Position numbers and translations under genes: made by a program
The notes under the pieces: model-generated
What the model was told of the DNA's origin: nothing
The model's database searches: none
The model's input: the letters and a program-made list of their open reading frames with translations, nothing else
DNA from: Alphaproteobacteria bacterium
GTDB lineage: Bacteria; Pseudomonadota; Alphaproteobacteria; CAAHEQ01; UBA3637
Length of the DNA stretch: 64,000 nucleotides
Reading direction: 5' to 3'
Assembly: GCA_045532865.1 (NCBI GenBank)
Contig: JAZSGT010000048.1
Span: 128-64,127 of the forward strand
Shown: one piece after another, positions 16,470 to 26,964 of the stretch
Numbering within the stretch: the first letter of the stretch is position 1
Layout: every line of letters starts with the position of its first letter

Positions 16470-18320
16470 TTATTTGTTTATGCGTCTTCTAGAAGTTTTG
16501 GGATTGGAGGAAATTTTTTTTCCATCTTTATACATTCCAGTTTCTGTGACGTTGCCATGTATGTCATAATAGGTATATTCTCCGTTAAATTTGTTATCTT
16601 TATACATAGCTTTGGCTTTAAGTTTGCCATTGTTATAATACCACAAGCCTATACCTTCTTTAACATCTTTCCATGAATGGTTAGATATTTTTTTTTCTTG
16701 ATGTGGAATAATGGATTTTAAAGCGCCACTATCATAGTAATAGTAATATTTTTTTTCAGTTAAATTATCTTTAAAAGTTTTAACACTTTTTAGTTTGCCA
16801 TTGTTATGATAATTTTTGCTTTCAATTGTTTTTCCAAGTTTTTCAAAATATTCTGAATATCCTTTTTTGTTGTAGATTTTAATCATTGTATCGGCATATT
16901 CATGATTGGTTAAATGGTGTTCTTCTTTTTCTAATTGATTGTTTTTGTTGTAATAGTAATCAATATTTCCAACCCGCTTGATTTTTGGAGAGTCTTCATC
17001 TGATATTTTGCAATTGTAGCGAATAGAAACACCCTCATTATCAAAAAGTGTTGTTTTGGTAAAATATCTGTTAGGACATTTAAAGCATAAATCTGACAAA
17101 TCTAAGGTTACTTCACTTGGGTCATCACAAGCATAACACCCACCTTGATAATCCATTAAGGGTTTATCTTCAGGGCAATGACTTTGTTTAAATTTTGGTT
17201 CCGAAAGTTTTTGGGGCTTATTAACTTCTTTAATTTTAATTGAAAAAAGTGCATTTGATTCTTTTTCTGATGAAGTTAGAATACAAAGTTTTGCTTCTGG
17301 GTTCATATCCAAAATAGGATGATAAAATTCAGGATTTTTTTCAATACGATTTTTGCAAATATTGGAGCAAGCACCAGGTTTGACGCCAACTTCATCTCCT
17401 TCATCACAAGAATAACAGTTTCCTAAAATGTCTCTTAATGGTTTCTCGGCTGGGCAAGAAGATAATGCACAATAATCAAGAGTTTTTCCTTTTCTTTCAA
17501 AGCGAATGGTTGTTCTTTTTTCTTGGCAGATGCCACAATTTTTTGCATCGCTAATTGTTAGAACTTCATCACAAGAGAGACAGTGCCCGTGGGATTTTAT
17601 TGGTTTGTCCGCAGGGCAATTTATCAAACCACATCCTGCGTTTTTATATAGTTTTCGAGTAGGGTTTTCTTGTTCATCTTTGCACATGCTTTGACAAAGG
17701 TGGACATCATCAGGTGCCATATCAATAGCCCCTTCATATGAACAATTAAAGCAAGAGGCATTTTCTCTTAAGGGATGTGTGTCAGGGCAACCAACTGGCG
17801 CAATTTTGCAATCACCAAAGGAAGATCTGATTGTATTTTCAGGGCATTTTTTTAATTCGCAACCCCAAAAAGAGGTTGTTCTTATTGCAGCGCCGTTCAT
17901 TTGACATTTTGCTTCACAATCAGCCTCGTTATTAAGTTTGATAGCGTCTAATTCAGTACAAGGATAGCAGTTACCATGAATATCTTTTAATGGTGCATTT
18001 TCAGGGCATTCATCATTTGTTGGTTTGCAGTCGCCCCAAGTGTCTTTTTGGAATCCTTCTGGACAGTTGACGAGTTCACATTTATCTGAATCAGCTATTT
18101 TACGGATATATTTTCCTTCTTTAGTTTTGCATGAGGTGGAGCAGTCAACCAATCTTTTAGGGGTGAATTTTTTTAGGCTCTCACAACTGTGGCAGTTGCC
18201 ATCGTCTGCTAATACACTTCCTTGAGCGCAGATAGCAGGGACAGAGTTGTCACTTGCCAAGGATGTTAAACTTAAAAAACAAACAAAGCTAAAAATAAGT
18301 AGTTTTTTCATGTTATTCAT
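16470..18320 (-). CDS. Secreted Cys-rich repeat protein with C-terminal MORN/YwqK-like repeats
   Basis: A signal peptide (MKKLLIFSFVCFLSLTSLA) is present. A CP-x3-P-L-x-D-x2-G-x-C-x-x-C unit recurs, as in CPENAPLKDIHGNCYPC, CPAEKPLRDILGNCYSC and CPEDKPLMDYQGGCYAC. The C-terminus carries YHNNGKLKS, YYNNGKLKAKAMYKDNKFNGEY and YDIHGNVTETGMYKDGKK. Confidence 0.8.
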   Translation of the reverse strand: MNNMKKLLIFSFVCFLSLTSLASDNSVPAICAQGSVLADDGNCHSCESLKKFTPKRLVDCSTSCKTKEGKYIRKIADSDKCELVNCPEGFQKDTWGDCKPTNDECPENAPLKDIHGNCYPCTELDAIKLNNEADCEAKCQMNGAAIRTTSFWGCELKKCPENTIRSSFGDCKIAPVGCPDTHPLRENASCFNCSYEGAIDMAPDDVHLCQSMCKDEQENPTRKLYKNAGCGLINCPADKPIKSHGHCLSCDEVLTISDAKNCGICQEKRTTIRFERKGKTLDYCALSSCPAEKPLRDILGNCYSCDEGDEVGVKPGACSNICKNRIEKNPEFYHPILDMNPEAKLCILTSSEKESNALFSIKIKEVNKPQKLSEPKFKQSHCPEDKPLMDYQGGCYACDDPSEVTLDLSDLCFKCPNRYFTKTTLFDNEGVSIRYNCKISDEDSPKIKRVGNIDYYYNKNNQLEKEEHHLTNHEYADTMIKIYNKKGYSEYFEKLGKTIESKNYHNNGKLKSVKTFKDNLTEKKYYYYYDSGALKSIIPHQEKKISNHSWKDVKEGIGLWYYNNGKLKAKAMYKDNKFNGEYTYYDIHGNVTETGMYKDGKKISSNPKTSRRRINK

Positions 18321-19164
18321 CCTCTTTCATTTCGCATTTGAAAAAGTAAGTATAAGGTGTTGCACTGTATCCACCAATGAAGCGGTTTGGACATTTTTCA
18401 CACCCTTTTATGGCGTTAACATCATGGTGATAAAGGCAGGGAATACAATTACCATTTTCATCTAGAATGGGTTTGTTATCTGGACAGTTTTTTGCCAATA
18501 ATTCATCAAAAGGAGCTTGTTTTTTTGCATCATAAAAAATGCTTTGATCTTTTAAATCGCAAGTAATACCACCTAATCCATTTTCCATCCACATACCTGA
18601 GAAAAATCGATTTTCGCAACTTTCACACCCTGCAACTGCATCAATATTTCTTTGAGAAGAAAGGCAACTGTGGCAGTTTCCATTTTTATCCATCAAAGGG
18701 GCTTCTTTAGGACATTTTTTTGGTAAACAATAAGGGCCAGATTGGTATCTTTTTGCCTCAGATGAACAATGTTGCTCACATAAATGGAGCTTGTCAAAAG
18801 GCATTTCAATGGGTTGTGGGTTGTCGCAAGAATGGCAGTCTCCCCATTTGTCAATTAATGGTTTTTCGGGTGGACATTCGCCATTTGTGGACTTTGTTTC
18901 TTCCTTTTTATCAGATTTTTCATCATCGTTTTGAGCTTCAGGACAATTTTTTTGAGCACTTTCAAGCATATTCATAAATTTGAAAAAATCATTTGGATTT
19001 TTTGAGTGGATATTTCCCATTTTTTCAAGGTTTGTTTTGGTTTCTTCACAGGTGATACAATTTCCATCAATCCAAATAACGGGTTTTTCTTTTGGGCATT
19101 CTTGAGCATTGAGAGTGTTTGAAATTGAAATACCTAATAAAATGAGAAAAGCTGTGTAGCGCAT
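18313..19164 (-). CDS. Secreted Cys-rich repeat protein, shorter paralogue of 16470..18320
   Basis: A signal peptide is present. The same unit occurs four times: CPKEKPVIWIDGNCITC, CPPEKPLIDKWGDCHSC, CPKEAPLMDKNGNCHSC and CPDNKPILDENGNCIPC. Its stop overlaps the start of the downstream paralogue by 8 nt. Confidence 0.8.
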   Translation of the reverse strand: MRYTAFLILLGISISNTLNAQECPKEKPVIWIDGNCITCEETKTNLEKMGNIHSKNPNDFFKFMNMLESAQKNCPEAQNDDEKSDKKEETKSTNGECPPEKPLIDKWGDCHSCDNPQPIEMPFDKLHLCEQHCSSEAKRYQSGPYCLPKKCPKEAPLMDKNGNCHSCLSSQRNIDAVAGCESCENRFFSGMWMENGLGGITCDLKDQSIFYDAKKQAPFDELLAKNCPDNKPILDENGNCIPCLYHHDVNAIKGCEKCPNRFIGGYSATPYTYFFKCEMKEDE

Positions 19165-19284
19165 TGTCCCTCCTTTATGTTGTTGTTTCTTTTTTTATAA
19201 AATTTTTTTTATTATTAAACAAGTTATTTCTGTTATGATAATAAAAATTAGTATAAAATTGTGGAAGAATTAATAGGAGGATTT

Positions 19285-19455
19285 ATGACATTTTTGGAAT
19301 TAATAAAAGAATTGTTTAAACCAAATCTACTTGAAAATAAGCAGGTTCAAAAACAATCAGAAGGCACTCTAAAAGAGGTAGAAAAAACAAATAATGAGGA
19401 AGAAGAACTCCTAAGCCTTACAACAGCTGAGGAAGAAGATGAGTTTTTTTGTTGA
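19285..19455 (+). CDS. Possible small acidic protein (56 aa)
   Basis: A strong AGGAGG SD lies at 19275-19280, 4 nt before the ATG at 19285 (MTFLELIKELFKPN...EEEDEFFC). There is no homology signal. Confidence 0.35.
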   Translation: MTFLELIKELFKPNLLENKQVQKQSEGTLKEVEKTNNEEEELLSLTTAEEEDEFFC

Positions 19456-19540
19456 TCTTGATTTTGTACTTTTGTTTTAACTTGATTTTTTTACTCTTTT
19501 TTTGTAAAATAGGGCAAAATTAATTTTTGGTGGAGAAAAT

Positions 19541-20155
19541 ATGCTTTTATTATCATTGGATACAGCTTCAACAACGTTATCTTTGTCCCTTTTTAATGAT
19601 GAAAATTTAGTGGACTCTTTTGATGAGGTAATGCTGCGTGGTCAAGCAGAACGGTTGATTCCAGAAATTCAAACTTTGTTTGAAAAAGCAGGAAAAAATG
19701 TTAAAGAATTATCAGCTGTGGCTGTTGGGGTTGGGCCTGGTTCATTCACTGGGGTGCGCATTGCTCTTTCAGCTGCTCGTGGCTTGGGATTAGCATTAGG
19801 AGTCCCTGTTTATGGTGTATCTTCATTGGAAGCTTATGCTTATGGTGCAGGGGAAGATGTTCTTGTAGCGCTTGATACAAAACGAGGCGATTATTATGTT
19901 GCTGGCTATAATAAGGATTTAGAAGAGGTTTTTGAGCCTCGTGTTATGACGTTGGAAGAAATTAAAATTTTAAATCCTAAATTGATTGCTTCAGATGTGC
20001 CTGATATTTTTAAGGAAGCTGGTTTTTCTATTTGGAAAAGTGACTTTTCACTTTCTTGTCAAATTGCAAAAATTGCTTTAATGAGGGGTGAAAATAATTT
20101 GCCAGCTGAACCTCTTTATTTAAGAGATGCAGATGTCACTATTTCAACTAAATGA
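19541..20155 (+). CDS. tsaB: tRNA threonylcarbamoyladenosine biosynthesis protein TsaB (YeaZ)
   Basis: LLSLDTASTTLSLSLF and GVGPGSFTGVRIALSAARGLGLALGVPVYGVSSLEA are the typical TsaB blocks. The gene is followed by rimI, as in many bacteria. Confidence 0.85.
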   Translation: MLLLSLDTASTTLSLSLFNDENLVDSFDEVMLRGQAERLIPEIQTLFEKAGKNVKELSAVAVGVGPGSFTGVRIALSAARGLGLALGVPVYGVSSLEAYAYGAGEDVLVALDTKRGDYYVAGYNKDLEEVFEPRVMTLEEIKILNPKLIASDVPDIFKEAGFSIWKSDFSLSCQIAKIALMRGENNLPAEPLYLRDADVTISTK

Positions 20156-20579
20156 AGCCTATGTTGATGTGGCAGCTGCTTTACACGCCACTTCGTTTGA
20201 GCATCCGTGGGATAAAAAGGAATTTTTAAGCCTTTTATCCTTACCAACAACTAAAGGGTGGATTGACGACTCTTCTTTGCTTCTTGTTTCGCATGTGTTA
20301 GATGAAATTGAAATTTTAACCATTTTGGTGCATCCAAATTCCAGAGGGAAGGGAAAAGCTGTTGCTCTTTTAAATCATTTAATTTCATACGCAAAAGAAC
20401 AAGGTGTTCAACAAATCTTCTTAGAAGTCAATGTTGAAAATAAACCAGCCATTTCTTTATACGAGAAAATGGGATTTCAAAGAACCGGAATACGCAAAAA
20501 TTATTATAAGATGAGGGATGAAAGAGGACAATTTGTTTTTAAAGATGCTCTTTTATACACGTTTTTAACGCATATCTAA
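20127..20579 (+). CDS. rimI: Ribosomal-protein-alanine N-acetyltransferase (GNAT)
   Basis: A GNAT motif A region is present (ILTILVHPNSRGKGKAVALLNHLI ... LEVNVENKPAISLYEKMGF). It has the conserved position after tsaB and overlaps it by 29 nt. Confidence 0.8.
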   Translation: MQMSLFQLNEAYVDVAAALHATSFEHPWDKKEFLSLLSLPTTKGWIDDSSLLLVSHVLDEIEILTILVHPNSRGKGKAVALLNHLISYAKEQGVQQIFLEVNVENKPAISLYEKMGFQRTGIRKNYYKMRDERGQFVFKDALLYTFLTHI

Positions 20580-20589
20580 AGTAAAAAAA

Positions 20590-20629
20590 ATCATCTTATG
20601 TAGCCGTTCTACACGGTGATAATTTTTTT
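20590..20629 (+). terminator. Rho-independent terminator; member of the tgtag...ctaca palindromic element family
   Basis: atcatc-ttatgtag-ccgtt-ctacac-ggtgat forms a double stem, followed by aattttttt. Confidence 0.75.
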
Positions 20630-20708
20630 ATCTTTATTTTTTTCTTGCGCAAAATCAGAGGGCGTGCTACTGTTTTTTATAGATAATACTTAAAATAAGG
20701 GGGATAAA

Positions 20709-22040
20709 ATGAATACAACACCTAATTTAAATCCACATGAAATGTCTCAACAACTTTGGGAGGCATTTGAAAATAAAGATTCTGAGTTTATCAATAAATA
20801 TATGGCTTATTTGGCAACACTTCCTGAAGAAAAGAGAATTGAGTTTTTAAATACGCCAGCAAAAAATGGATATATGCCAATTCACATGGCAATTTTTAAC
20901 GAAAATACAGCTGTTGCTGAACAGATGTTTCAATATTACAAGGGACATGATTTACCAGACACGGACATAATGGGTCCTGATGAATATGAAAGAATTGCTG
21001 AACGTCCACAGTATAATTTTATTGGTACACCAGATCCAAATGGTGTTTTTGATTCTGATAATAAAAAAACAAGAAGATATGTTGTGTATTCAACGGGTGA
21101 ATCTTTTGATAAAGAGGTTTGTATTGATGGAAAAAACCATTTGCTTGTAGCTGTTGATACATTACAATGTGAGGATGATTATAAAAAATCAAACATTGTT
21201 CAATCGGTTTTGGCTCATTCAACACAACAAGATTTTCAACAAGCAATTAATCAAGCTTTATATCGCAATGATTTAGGTGCAGTTGAAGAATTAATTAAAA
21301 TTGGAAAAGATAAGAATTGGGCTCCAAGTGCTGAAAATGTGGAAAATGTTGATGAGTTTACTTATCCGGTTATTAATGTTGAAAATGCGAATAATATTCC
21401 TCAAGCAGAAAGAGATATGAAAGTCTATACCAGAAAGGTTAAAGCGACACTTCAAAAGATGCGTACGGAAAAAAAGAATAAGTTATATAAAGAATTTACA
21501 CAGGCTATTAAAAAAGGTGATAAAAAATCAGCACAAGCCCTTGCAAAAGAGTGTTTTGATTTGATGTATGATGAAGCTTTGTCTGATTTTGCAAAAGCAA
21601 ATAATCCTGAAGCAATGAAATATTTGATTGAAGCTGGTGCTGATATAAATGCTTTGAATAAAGAGGGAAAAACGCCATTGATGGTTGCTTTGAAACATCA
21701 TGCAAAAGATGTTATTCCTTTTTTAATTAAACACCCAAATATTGACTTGAATGTACAAGACGAAGCTGGGAATACAGCTTTGCATATAGCGGCTAAAGAT
21801 AAGCTGTATCCAGTTGTTAAATTGTTGAGTGAACAAGGCGCTCGTGTTGATATTAAAAATGAGCAGGGTAAAACACCTGTTGATATTGCAAAAGAAGTTG
21901 CAACACCAACGGATCGTTCTATTTTGAATGCATTGACAAGAAGAAAACCTCAGGGATTGAGTGAAACATTGCGTCAAAATTCAAATGATATTTCTCAACC
22001 TGGAAGGACTCAAAATCGAACAAATAACGCAAGAGAATAA
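20709..22040 (+). CDS. Ankyrin-repeat protein (ANK repeats mainly in the C-terminal third)
   Basis: The repeats include NGYMPIHMAIFNENTAVAE, EGKTPLMVALKHHAKDVIPFLIKHPNIDLNVQDEAGNTALHIAAKDKLYPVVKLLSEQGARVDIKNEQGKTPVDIA. Confidence 0.85.
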   Translation: MNTTPNLNPHEMSQQLWEAFENKDSEFINKYMAYLATLPEEKRIEFLNTPAKNGYMPIHMAIFNENTAVAEQMFQYYKGHDLPDTDIMGPDEYERIAERPQYNFIGTPDPNGVFDSDNKKTRRYVVYSTGESFDKEVCIDGKNHLLVAVDTLQCEDDYKKSNIVQSVLAHSTQQDFQQAINQALYRNDLGAVEELIKIGKDKNWAPSAENVENVDEFTYPVINVENANNIPQAERDMKVYTRKVKATLQKMRTEKKNKLYKEFTQAIKKGDKKSAQALAKECFDLMYDEALSDFAKANNPEAMKYLIEAGADINALNKEGKTPLMVALKHHAKDVIPFLIKHPNIDLNVQDEAGNTALHIAAKDKLYPVVKLLSEQGARVDIKNEQGKTPVDIAKEVATPTDRSILNALTRRKPQGLSETLRQNSNDISQPGRTQNRTNNARE

Positions 22041-22067
22041 TCTTGTTGTTGAAAAATAATGTGCAAT

Positions 22068-22094
22068 AAAGCCCTTGTATAAGCAAGGGCTTTT
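22068..22094. terminator. Bidirectional terminator between the ankyrin gene and dnaB
   Basis: aaagcccttg pairs with caagggcttt, with a short loop and flanking A and T runs. Confidence 0.75.
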
Positions 22095-22131
22095 ATGTTC
22101 TTTTTTTTAAGGTGCTTTTTATGAAATTAGC

Positions 22132-23577
22132 TTATTGTTCTAAGTTACCAAATTTACCAAATTCACCATTAAAATAGAGCTTAACTGTGCCGACAGGGCC
22201 ATGACGCTGTTTGGCAATAATGGCTTCTGCCTGATTGGCAAGAAGGATTTTTTTATCTTCCCATTCTTTCATGCGAAGAGCAAATTTTTCAGGTGTTTCA
22301 TTCAAGTGTTTTACCGGAACATCATTTTGCAAATAATAAATTTCACGGAAAACAAACATTACAATATCAGCATCTTGCTCAATAGATCCAGATTCACGAA
22401 GATCTGATAGTTGTGGACGTTTATTATCACGCTGTTCTACCAAACGAGAAAGTTGTGATAAAACAAGAACGGGAACATTAAGTTCTTTTGCCATAATTTT
22501 AAGTTGACGTGTCATTTCAGACAATTCTTGCACACGGTTTTCGCTTCTGCCGGCTGAGTTGATGAGTTGTAAATAGTCAATAACAATGAGTCCAAGGCCT
22601 TTTTCTTTATCACGTTTGAGGCGTCTGGCTCTATTTTTAATCGCTGTAACAGTGATGCCAGGTGTTTCATCTAAATAAAGGGGGACACGACTAAGCAAAG
22701 CAACACCAGCTGCTAATTCATCAAATTGCTGGTCGGTGAGTTTACCTGTTCGCATTAAGTGCCCTGAAACTTCAGCTTTAGCAGATAAAATACGCCCAGC
22801 TAATTGCTCGGCAGACATTTCAAGAGAGAAAAAAGCAACGGATTTTTTCTCAGCGCCTGGTTTTTTGTTTTCTTCCTCAAATTTAACGGCAGCGTTGTAG
22901 GCGATTGTTAAGGCAAGGGCTGATTTACCCATGGCAGGACGACCAGCCAAAATGAGCAAGTCAGAATCGTGTAAACCACCGAGTAATTTGTCCATTTCAA
23001 CAAGACCGGTTGTAACACCAGAAACACCTGATGGAGTGTTCATGGCTTTTTGTGCAGACATGAGAGTTGCTTGTAATGCTGTATTTAAAATTTGTGGTCC
23101 ACCACTCATTTCACCTGCATTGGCAATTTCGTAAAGGCGTTTTTCAGCATGTTCAATTTGAGAGATTGCTTCTTCATTAATTGAAATTGAAAAAGCATCA
23201 TTAACAACATCATTGCCAAGAGCAATGAGTTGCCTACGAATATATCTATCTAAAATTTGACGACCATAATCAGCAGCGTTAATAATGGTTGCAGAAGCCG
23301 CAGCTAATTGCATTAAATAAGATGCTCCACCTACTTCTTTGAGTTTGTCGTCATGTTCAAAATAAGCTTTAAGAGTGATTGGATCAGCAATTCTGCCTTG
23401 ATCAATATAAAATTTGCAAGCTTCAAAAATTTTACCATGAACAGGGTTGGCAAAACATTCTGGACGCAAAAATTCAGAGACTTTTTCCATTGCTCTGTTG
23501 TTGGATAAAATCGCACCAAGGAGTGCTTGTTCGGCTTCCAAGTTTTGTGGTGGAATGCGCATGGTTTCTTCCAACAT
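22132..23577 (-). CDS. dnaB: Replicative DNA helicase DnaB
   Basis: PPQNLEAEQALLGAIL is the N-terminal signature. Walker A is AGRPAMGKSALAL. Also present are IDYLQL and LSQLSRLVEQRDNKRPQLSDLRESGSIEQDADIV. An alternative start exists at 23562. Confidence 0.95.
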   Translation of the reverse strand: MLEETMRIPPQNLEAEQALLGAILSNNRAMEKVSEFLRPECFANPVHGKIFEACKFYIDQGRIADPITLKAYFEHDDKLKEVGGASYLMQLAAASATIINAADYGRQILDRYIRRQLIALGNDVVNDAFSISINEEAISQIEHAEKRLYEIANAGEMSGGPQILNTALQATLMSAQKAMNTPSGVSGVTTGLVEMDKLLGGLHDSDLLILAGRPAMGKSALALTIAYNAAVKFEEENKKPGAEKKSVAFFSLEMSAEQLAGRILSAKAEVSGHLMRTGKLTDQQFDELAAGVALLSRVPLYLDETPGITVTAIKNRARRLKRDKEKGLGLIVIDYLQLINSAGRSENRVQELSEMTRQLKIMAKELNVPVLVLSQLSRLVEQRDNKRPQLSDLRESGSIEQDADIVMFVFREIYYLQNDVPVKHLNETPEKFALRMKEWEDKKILLANQAEAIIAKQRHGPVGTVKLYFNGEFGKFGNLEQ

Positions 23578-23792
23578 ACAATGATACTCCTTAATGTTTT
23601 TTTAATTGCTTCTAAAATTAAATGGTTAATAATATATTAACATACACAAAAAAAATAATAAAGTAAAGTTAAAATAAAGGATTGCAATTTTATTTTTTTT
23701 TTAGTAGAGTATTTGATGAGAACAAAAAGAGGTTTTATTTTGAAATTTAAGATGATTTTGAGTGGGTTGTAGTAAGTTGCAAAGGGTTTGAT

Positions 23793-24410
23793 ATGATTGG
23801 AAAGTTAACGGGTTTTGTTGATGGTGTTTTTGATGGTTTTATTTTTTTGAACGTAGGTGGTGTGGGATATCGTGTTTTTTGTTCAACAAAAACAGCTGCT
23901 AGTTTGCCAAAGGGGGAGAGTGTTTCTCTTTTTATTGAAACACAGGTAAGAGAAGATCATATACATCTTTTTGGGTTTTCATCTTTGTCTGAACAAGAAG
24001 TTTTTAATACGTTAACAGGTGTTCAAGGTGTTGGGGCAAAAGTGGGTATGGCGATTTTGTCTTCTTTAGGTTTGAATGAAATTTCAATGGCTGTTGCAAC
24101 AGGGGATAATAAAGCCTTTACTCGTGTGTCTGGAATTGGTCCTAAGCTTGCAACCAGAATTGTAACTGAATTGAAAGGTAAGGCTGGTTTATTAACGGCT
24201 GACATGATGGAGATAAATCCAGTAGGTGTTTCAAATGGGTCTTCAGATTCTAGAATTTTGCAAGATTCGATTTCTGCTTTGGTTAATTTGGGTTATTCAA
24301 GAACTGAGGCGGGGATTAAAGCATCTGAAACATTGAAGTTAAATCCTGAAGCAACCTTGTCAGATGTTATTCGTTTAACATTAAAAGAAATGGGTAAGGC
24401 AAATGGCTGA
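23793..24410 (+). CDS. ruvA: Holliday junction branch migration complex subunit RuvA
   Basis: MIGKLTG ... VGGVGYRV ... L(T)[15 protein letters not shown] ... [13 protein letters not shown] (HhH motifs). Confidence 0.95.
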   Translation: MIGKLTGFVDGVFDGFIFLNVGGVGYRVFCSTKTAASLPKGESVSLFIETQVREDHIHLFGFSSLSEQEVFNTLTGVQGVGAKVGMAILSSLGLNEISMAVATGDNKAFTRVSGIGPKLATRIVTELKGKAGLLTADMMEINPVGVSNGSSDSRILQDSISALVNLGYSRTEAGIKASETLKLNPEATLSDVIRLTLKEMGKANG

Positions 24411-25431
24411 AAATAGATTAATTACCTCTAAAAAAACAGTACAGGATGAAGAAATTTACAATTCTATTCGTCCACAATGTTTAGCAGATTTTACAGGGCA
24501 AAAAGTCTTGTGTGAAAATTTGGCAGTTTTTATCAGGGCAGCAAAGGAAAGAAGTGATGCTTTAGATCACACGTTGTTGTTTGGCCCTCCAGGGCTTGGT
24601 AAAACAACGCTTGCTCAGATTATTTCAAAAGAACTAGGGGTTGGTTTTCGCCCAACTTCTGGTCCAATGATTTCAAAGGCTGGTGATTTGGCCGCTATTT
24701 TGACCAATTTGGAACCAAGAGATGTTCTTTTTATTGATGAAATTCATCGTTTAAATCCAACGGTGGAAGAAGTTCTTTATTCTGCGATGGAAGATTTTCA
24801 ATTAGACATTATTATTGGGGAAGGGCCTGCGGCACACTCTGTACGTATTGATTTGCCACCATTCACATTGGTTGGAGCAACAACAAGAAGTGGTCTTTTG
24901 TCAACGCCATTAAGGGATAGGTTTGGTATTCCTATGAGGTTGGAATTTTATGAACCAGAAGAGTTGATGAAAATTGTCAAACGTGGGGCAAAAATCATGC
25001 AACTTGAAATGACAGAAGATGGTGCAATGGAAATTGCAAAACGATCCCGTGGAACACCTCGTATTGCAGGCCGGTTATTGCGTCGTGTACGTGATTTTGC
25101 ACTTAATAAGGCTGTTACAGCTGATATTGCAGATATGGCATTGACACGGTTAGAAGTTGATAATTCGGGTCTTGATTTGATGGATAGACGTTATTTGACG
25201 TGTATCGCTTTAAAATATGGGGGTGGCCCTGTTGGAGCTGAAACGTTGTGTGCTGCTTTGTCTGAAGAAAGAGATACAATTGAAGAAATTATTGAACCCT
25301 ACTTAATGCAGTTAGGGCTTGTGATGCGAACACCAAGAGGACGTGTTTTGTCTCAGGCTGGATATCGTCATTTGGGAATGGCTGCTCCTAAAAATATGGT
25401 TCAGCCTGATTTGTTGGAGAATTTAAAATGA
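24403..25431 (+). CDS. ruvB: Holliday junction ATP-dependent DNA helicase RuvB
   Basis: [14 protein letters not shown] is Walker A, and [10 protein letters not shown] is Walker [19 protein letters not shown] and [17 protein letters not shown] are also present. It overlaps ruvA by 8 nt. Confidence 0.95.
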   Translation: MAENRLITSKKTVQDEEIYNSIRPQCLADFTGQKVLCENLAVFIRAAKERSDALDHTLLFGPPGLGKTTLAQIISKELGVGFRPTSGPMISKAGDLAAILTNLEPRDVLFIDEIHRLNPTVEEVLYSAMEDFQLDIIIGEGPAAHSVRIDLPPFTLVGATTRSGLLSTPLRDRFGIPMRLEFYEPEELMKIVKRGAKIMQLEMTEDGAMEIAKRSRGTPRIAGRLLRRVRDFALNKAVTADIADMALTRLEVDNSGLDLMDRRYLTCIALKYGGGPVGAETLCAALSEERDTIEEIIEPYLMQLGLVMRTPRGRVLSQAGYRHLGMAAPKNMVQPDLLENLK

Positions 25432-25847
25432 TACATAGTTATTTGGTGCGTGTTTATTATCAAGACACAGATGCAGGCGCAATTGTTTATCATTCAAAAT
25501 ATTTGGATTTTGCAGAGCGTGCCCGTTCAGAGTTGTTGGTTGAAATGGGTTTATCAAACAAAAAACTCATTGAACAAGGGGTTGCCTTTGTTTTAAGAAA
25601 TGCAAACATTCAATATAAAGCGCCAGCGAGATTGGATGATGTGATTGACGTTCAAACAACGGTGAAAGAAATTAAAAACGCAAGTCTTGTTATGCAACAC
25701 AAATTTGTTGTTGAAGGAAAAGAAATGGTTTCAATTGAATTGCAATTAGCTGTGATTAATCCTTTGACACTTACTCCTATTCGTATGACACAAGATTTGA
25801 AAGAAAAGTTTACAAGATATATTTTAGAAAATGAGGAGAATAAATAA
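25428..25847 (+). CDS. ybgC: Tol-Pal-associated acyl-CoA thioesterase YbgC (4HBT family)
   Basis: [27 protein letters not shown] is the hotdog-fold YbgC signature. It overlaps ruvB with ATGA and lies immediately upstream of tolQ. Confidence 0.85.
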   Translation: MIHSYLVRVYYQDTDAGAIVYHSKYLDFAERARSELLVEMGLSNKKLIEQGVAFVLRNANIQYKAPARLDDVIDVQTTVKEIKNASLVMQHKFVVEGKEMVSIELQLAVINPLTLTPIRMTQDLKEKFTRYILENEENK

Positions 25848-26548
25848 TGAATGAAGTAGCGAGCCGTTCATCTTTATCCATGTATTCCATGTTTGTGGAT
25901 TCAGATTTGTTTATGAAGCTGTTGATTTTGGGCTTGTTATTTGCCTCTATTTGTTGTTGGGCAATTATTTTTGACAAGGCCTTTTTGCTAAAACGCATTC
26001 GTTTGGGGATGAAAGCTTTTGAAGAACAGTTTTGGTCTGGTGGTTCATTAGAAGCTATTTATAATAATCATGTGAAAAATCCATCTAATCCATTGGCAAT
26101 TATTTTTGTTGCTGCAATTAAGGAGTTTCGCAGGTCTTTGGCTGAAAAGAAAAAAACAGGTGCAGCCATTAAAATTCAAAAACGTGTGGATAAAATGATG
26201 CAAATTTCTATTGATAAACAAGTGGATAAGCTTGAAACAAAAATGGTTTTCTTAGCTTCTACTGGTTCTGTTGCTCCTCTTTTGGGTTTGTTTGGAACTG
26301 TTTGGGGAATTATGGACAGTTTTAATGCCATTGGTTTGACTCAAAGCACAAATATTGCAGCAGTTGCTCCTGGTGTTGCTGAGGCATTATTTACAACAGC
26401 TGTTGGGTTGATTGCGGCTATCCCTGCTGTGATTGCTTATAACAAACTCACAAATGACATTGACCGTATTGCACATAGAATGGAAACATTTTCAGATGAA
26501 CTGAGTGCTATTCTTTCTCGTCAAATTGAACAAGTGGAGAGTGAATAA
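25847..26548 (+). CDS. tolQ: Tol-Pal system protein TolQ (MotA/TolQ/ExbB proton channel)
   Basis: The protein has three TM segments. LASTGSVAPLLGLFGTVWGIM and VAPGVAEALFTTAVGLIAAIPAVIAYN are characteristic. Confidence 0.9.
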   Translation: MNEVASRSSLSMYSMFVDSDLFMKLLILGLLFASICCWAIIFDKAFLLKRIRLGMKAFEEQFWSGGSLEAIYNNHVKNPSNPLAIIFVAAIKEFRRSLAEKKKTGAAIKIQKRVDKMMQISIDKQVDKLETKMVFLASTGSVAPLLGLFGTVWGIMDSFNAIGLTQSTNIAAVAPGVAEALFTTAVGLIAAIPAVIAYNKLTNDIDRIAHRMETFSDELSAILSRQIEQVESE

Positions 26549-26964
26549 TGGCAAGAACCTCAAAACGCACACGTATTCGGGCTGAAATTAATTTGACGCC
26601 ATTGATTGACGTGATGACTTGTTTGCTTGCAATTTTTATGTTGACTGCACCAATGTTGACATCTGGTATTCCGTTGAACTTGCCTAAAGGGGATGGAAAA
26701 CAAATTGAAGGGGATGAAAAAACATTGGACATCAGTGTGGATTCCAAAGGACAAATTTATGTTGGGACTGAACCAATTGAAATGGGTAAATTGGTGGATA
26801 AAGTTCGTGCCATTGTAACAGAAAATCCAAGCATTGCAATGGTGATTAGTGGGGATAAAGCAGCCTCTTATGGAACAGTGATTGAAGTGATGGCATTGCT
26901 CAGAAGTGCAGGATACACACAAGTTGGTTTGAAAACTGATGCAAAAATAATGGGGCAAAACTAG
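26548..26964 (+). CDS. tolR: Tol-Pal system protein TolR (ExbD/TolR family)
   Basis: INLTPLIDVMTCLLAIFM is the TM signature. The size is typical and the start overlaps the tolQ stop. Confidence 0.85.
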   Translation: MARTSKRTRIRAEINLTPLIDVMTCLLAIFMLTAPMLTSGIPLNLPKGDGKQIEGDEKTLDISVDSKGQIYVGTEPIEMGKLVDKVRAIVTENPSIAMVISGDKAASYGTVIEVMALLRSAGYTQVGLKTDAKIMGQN

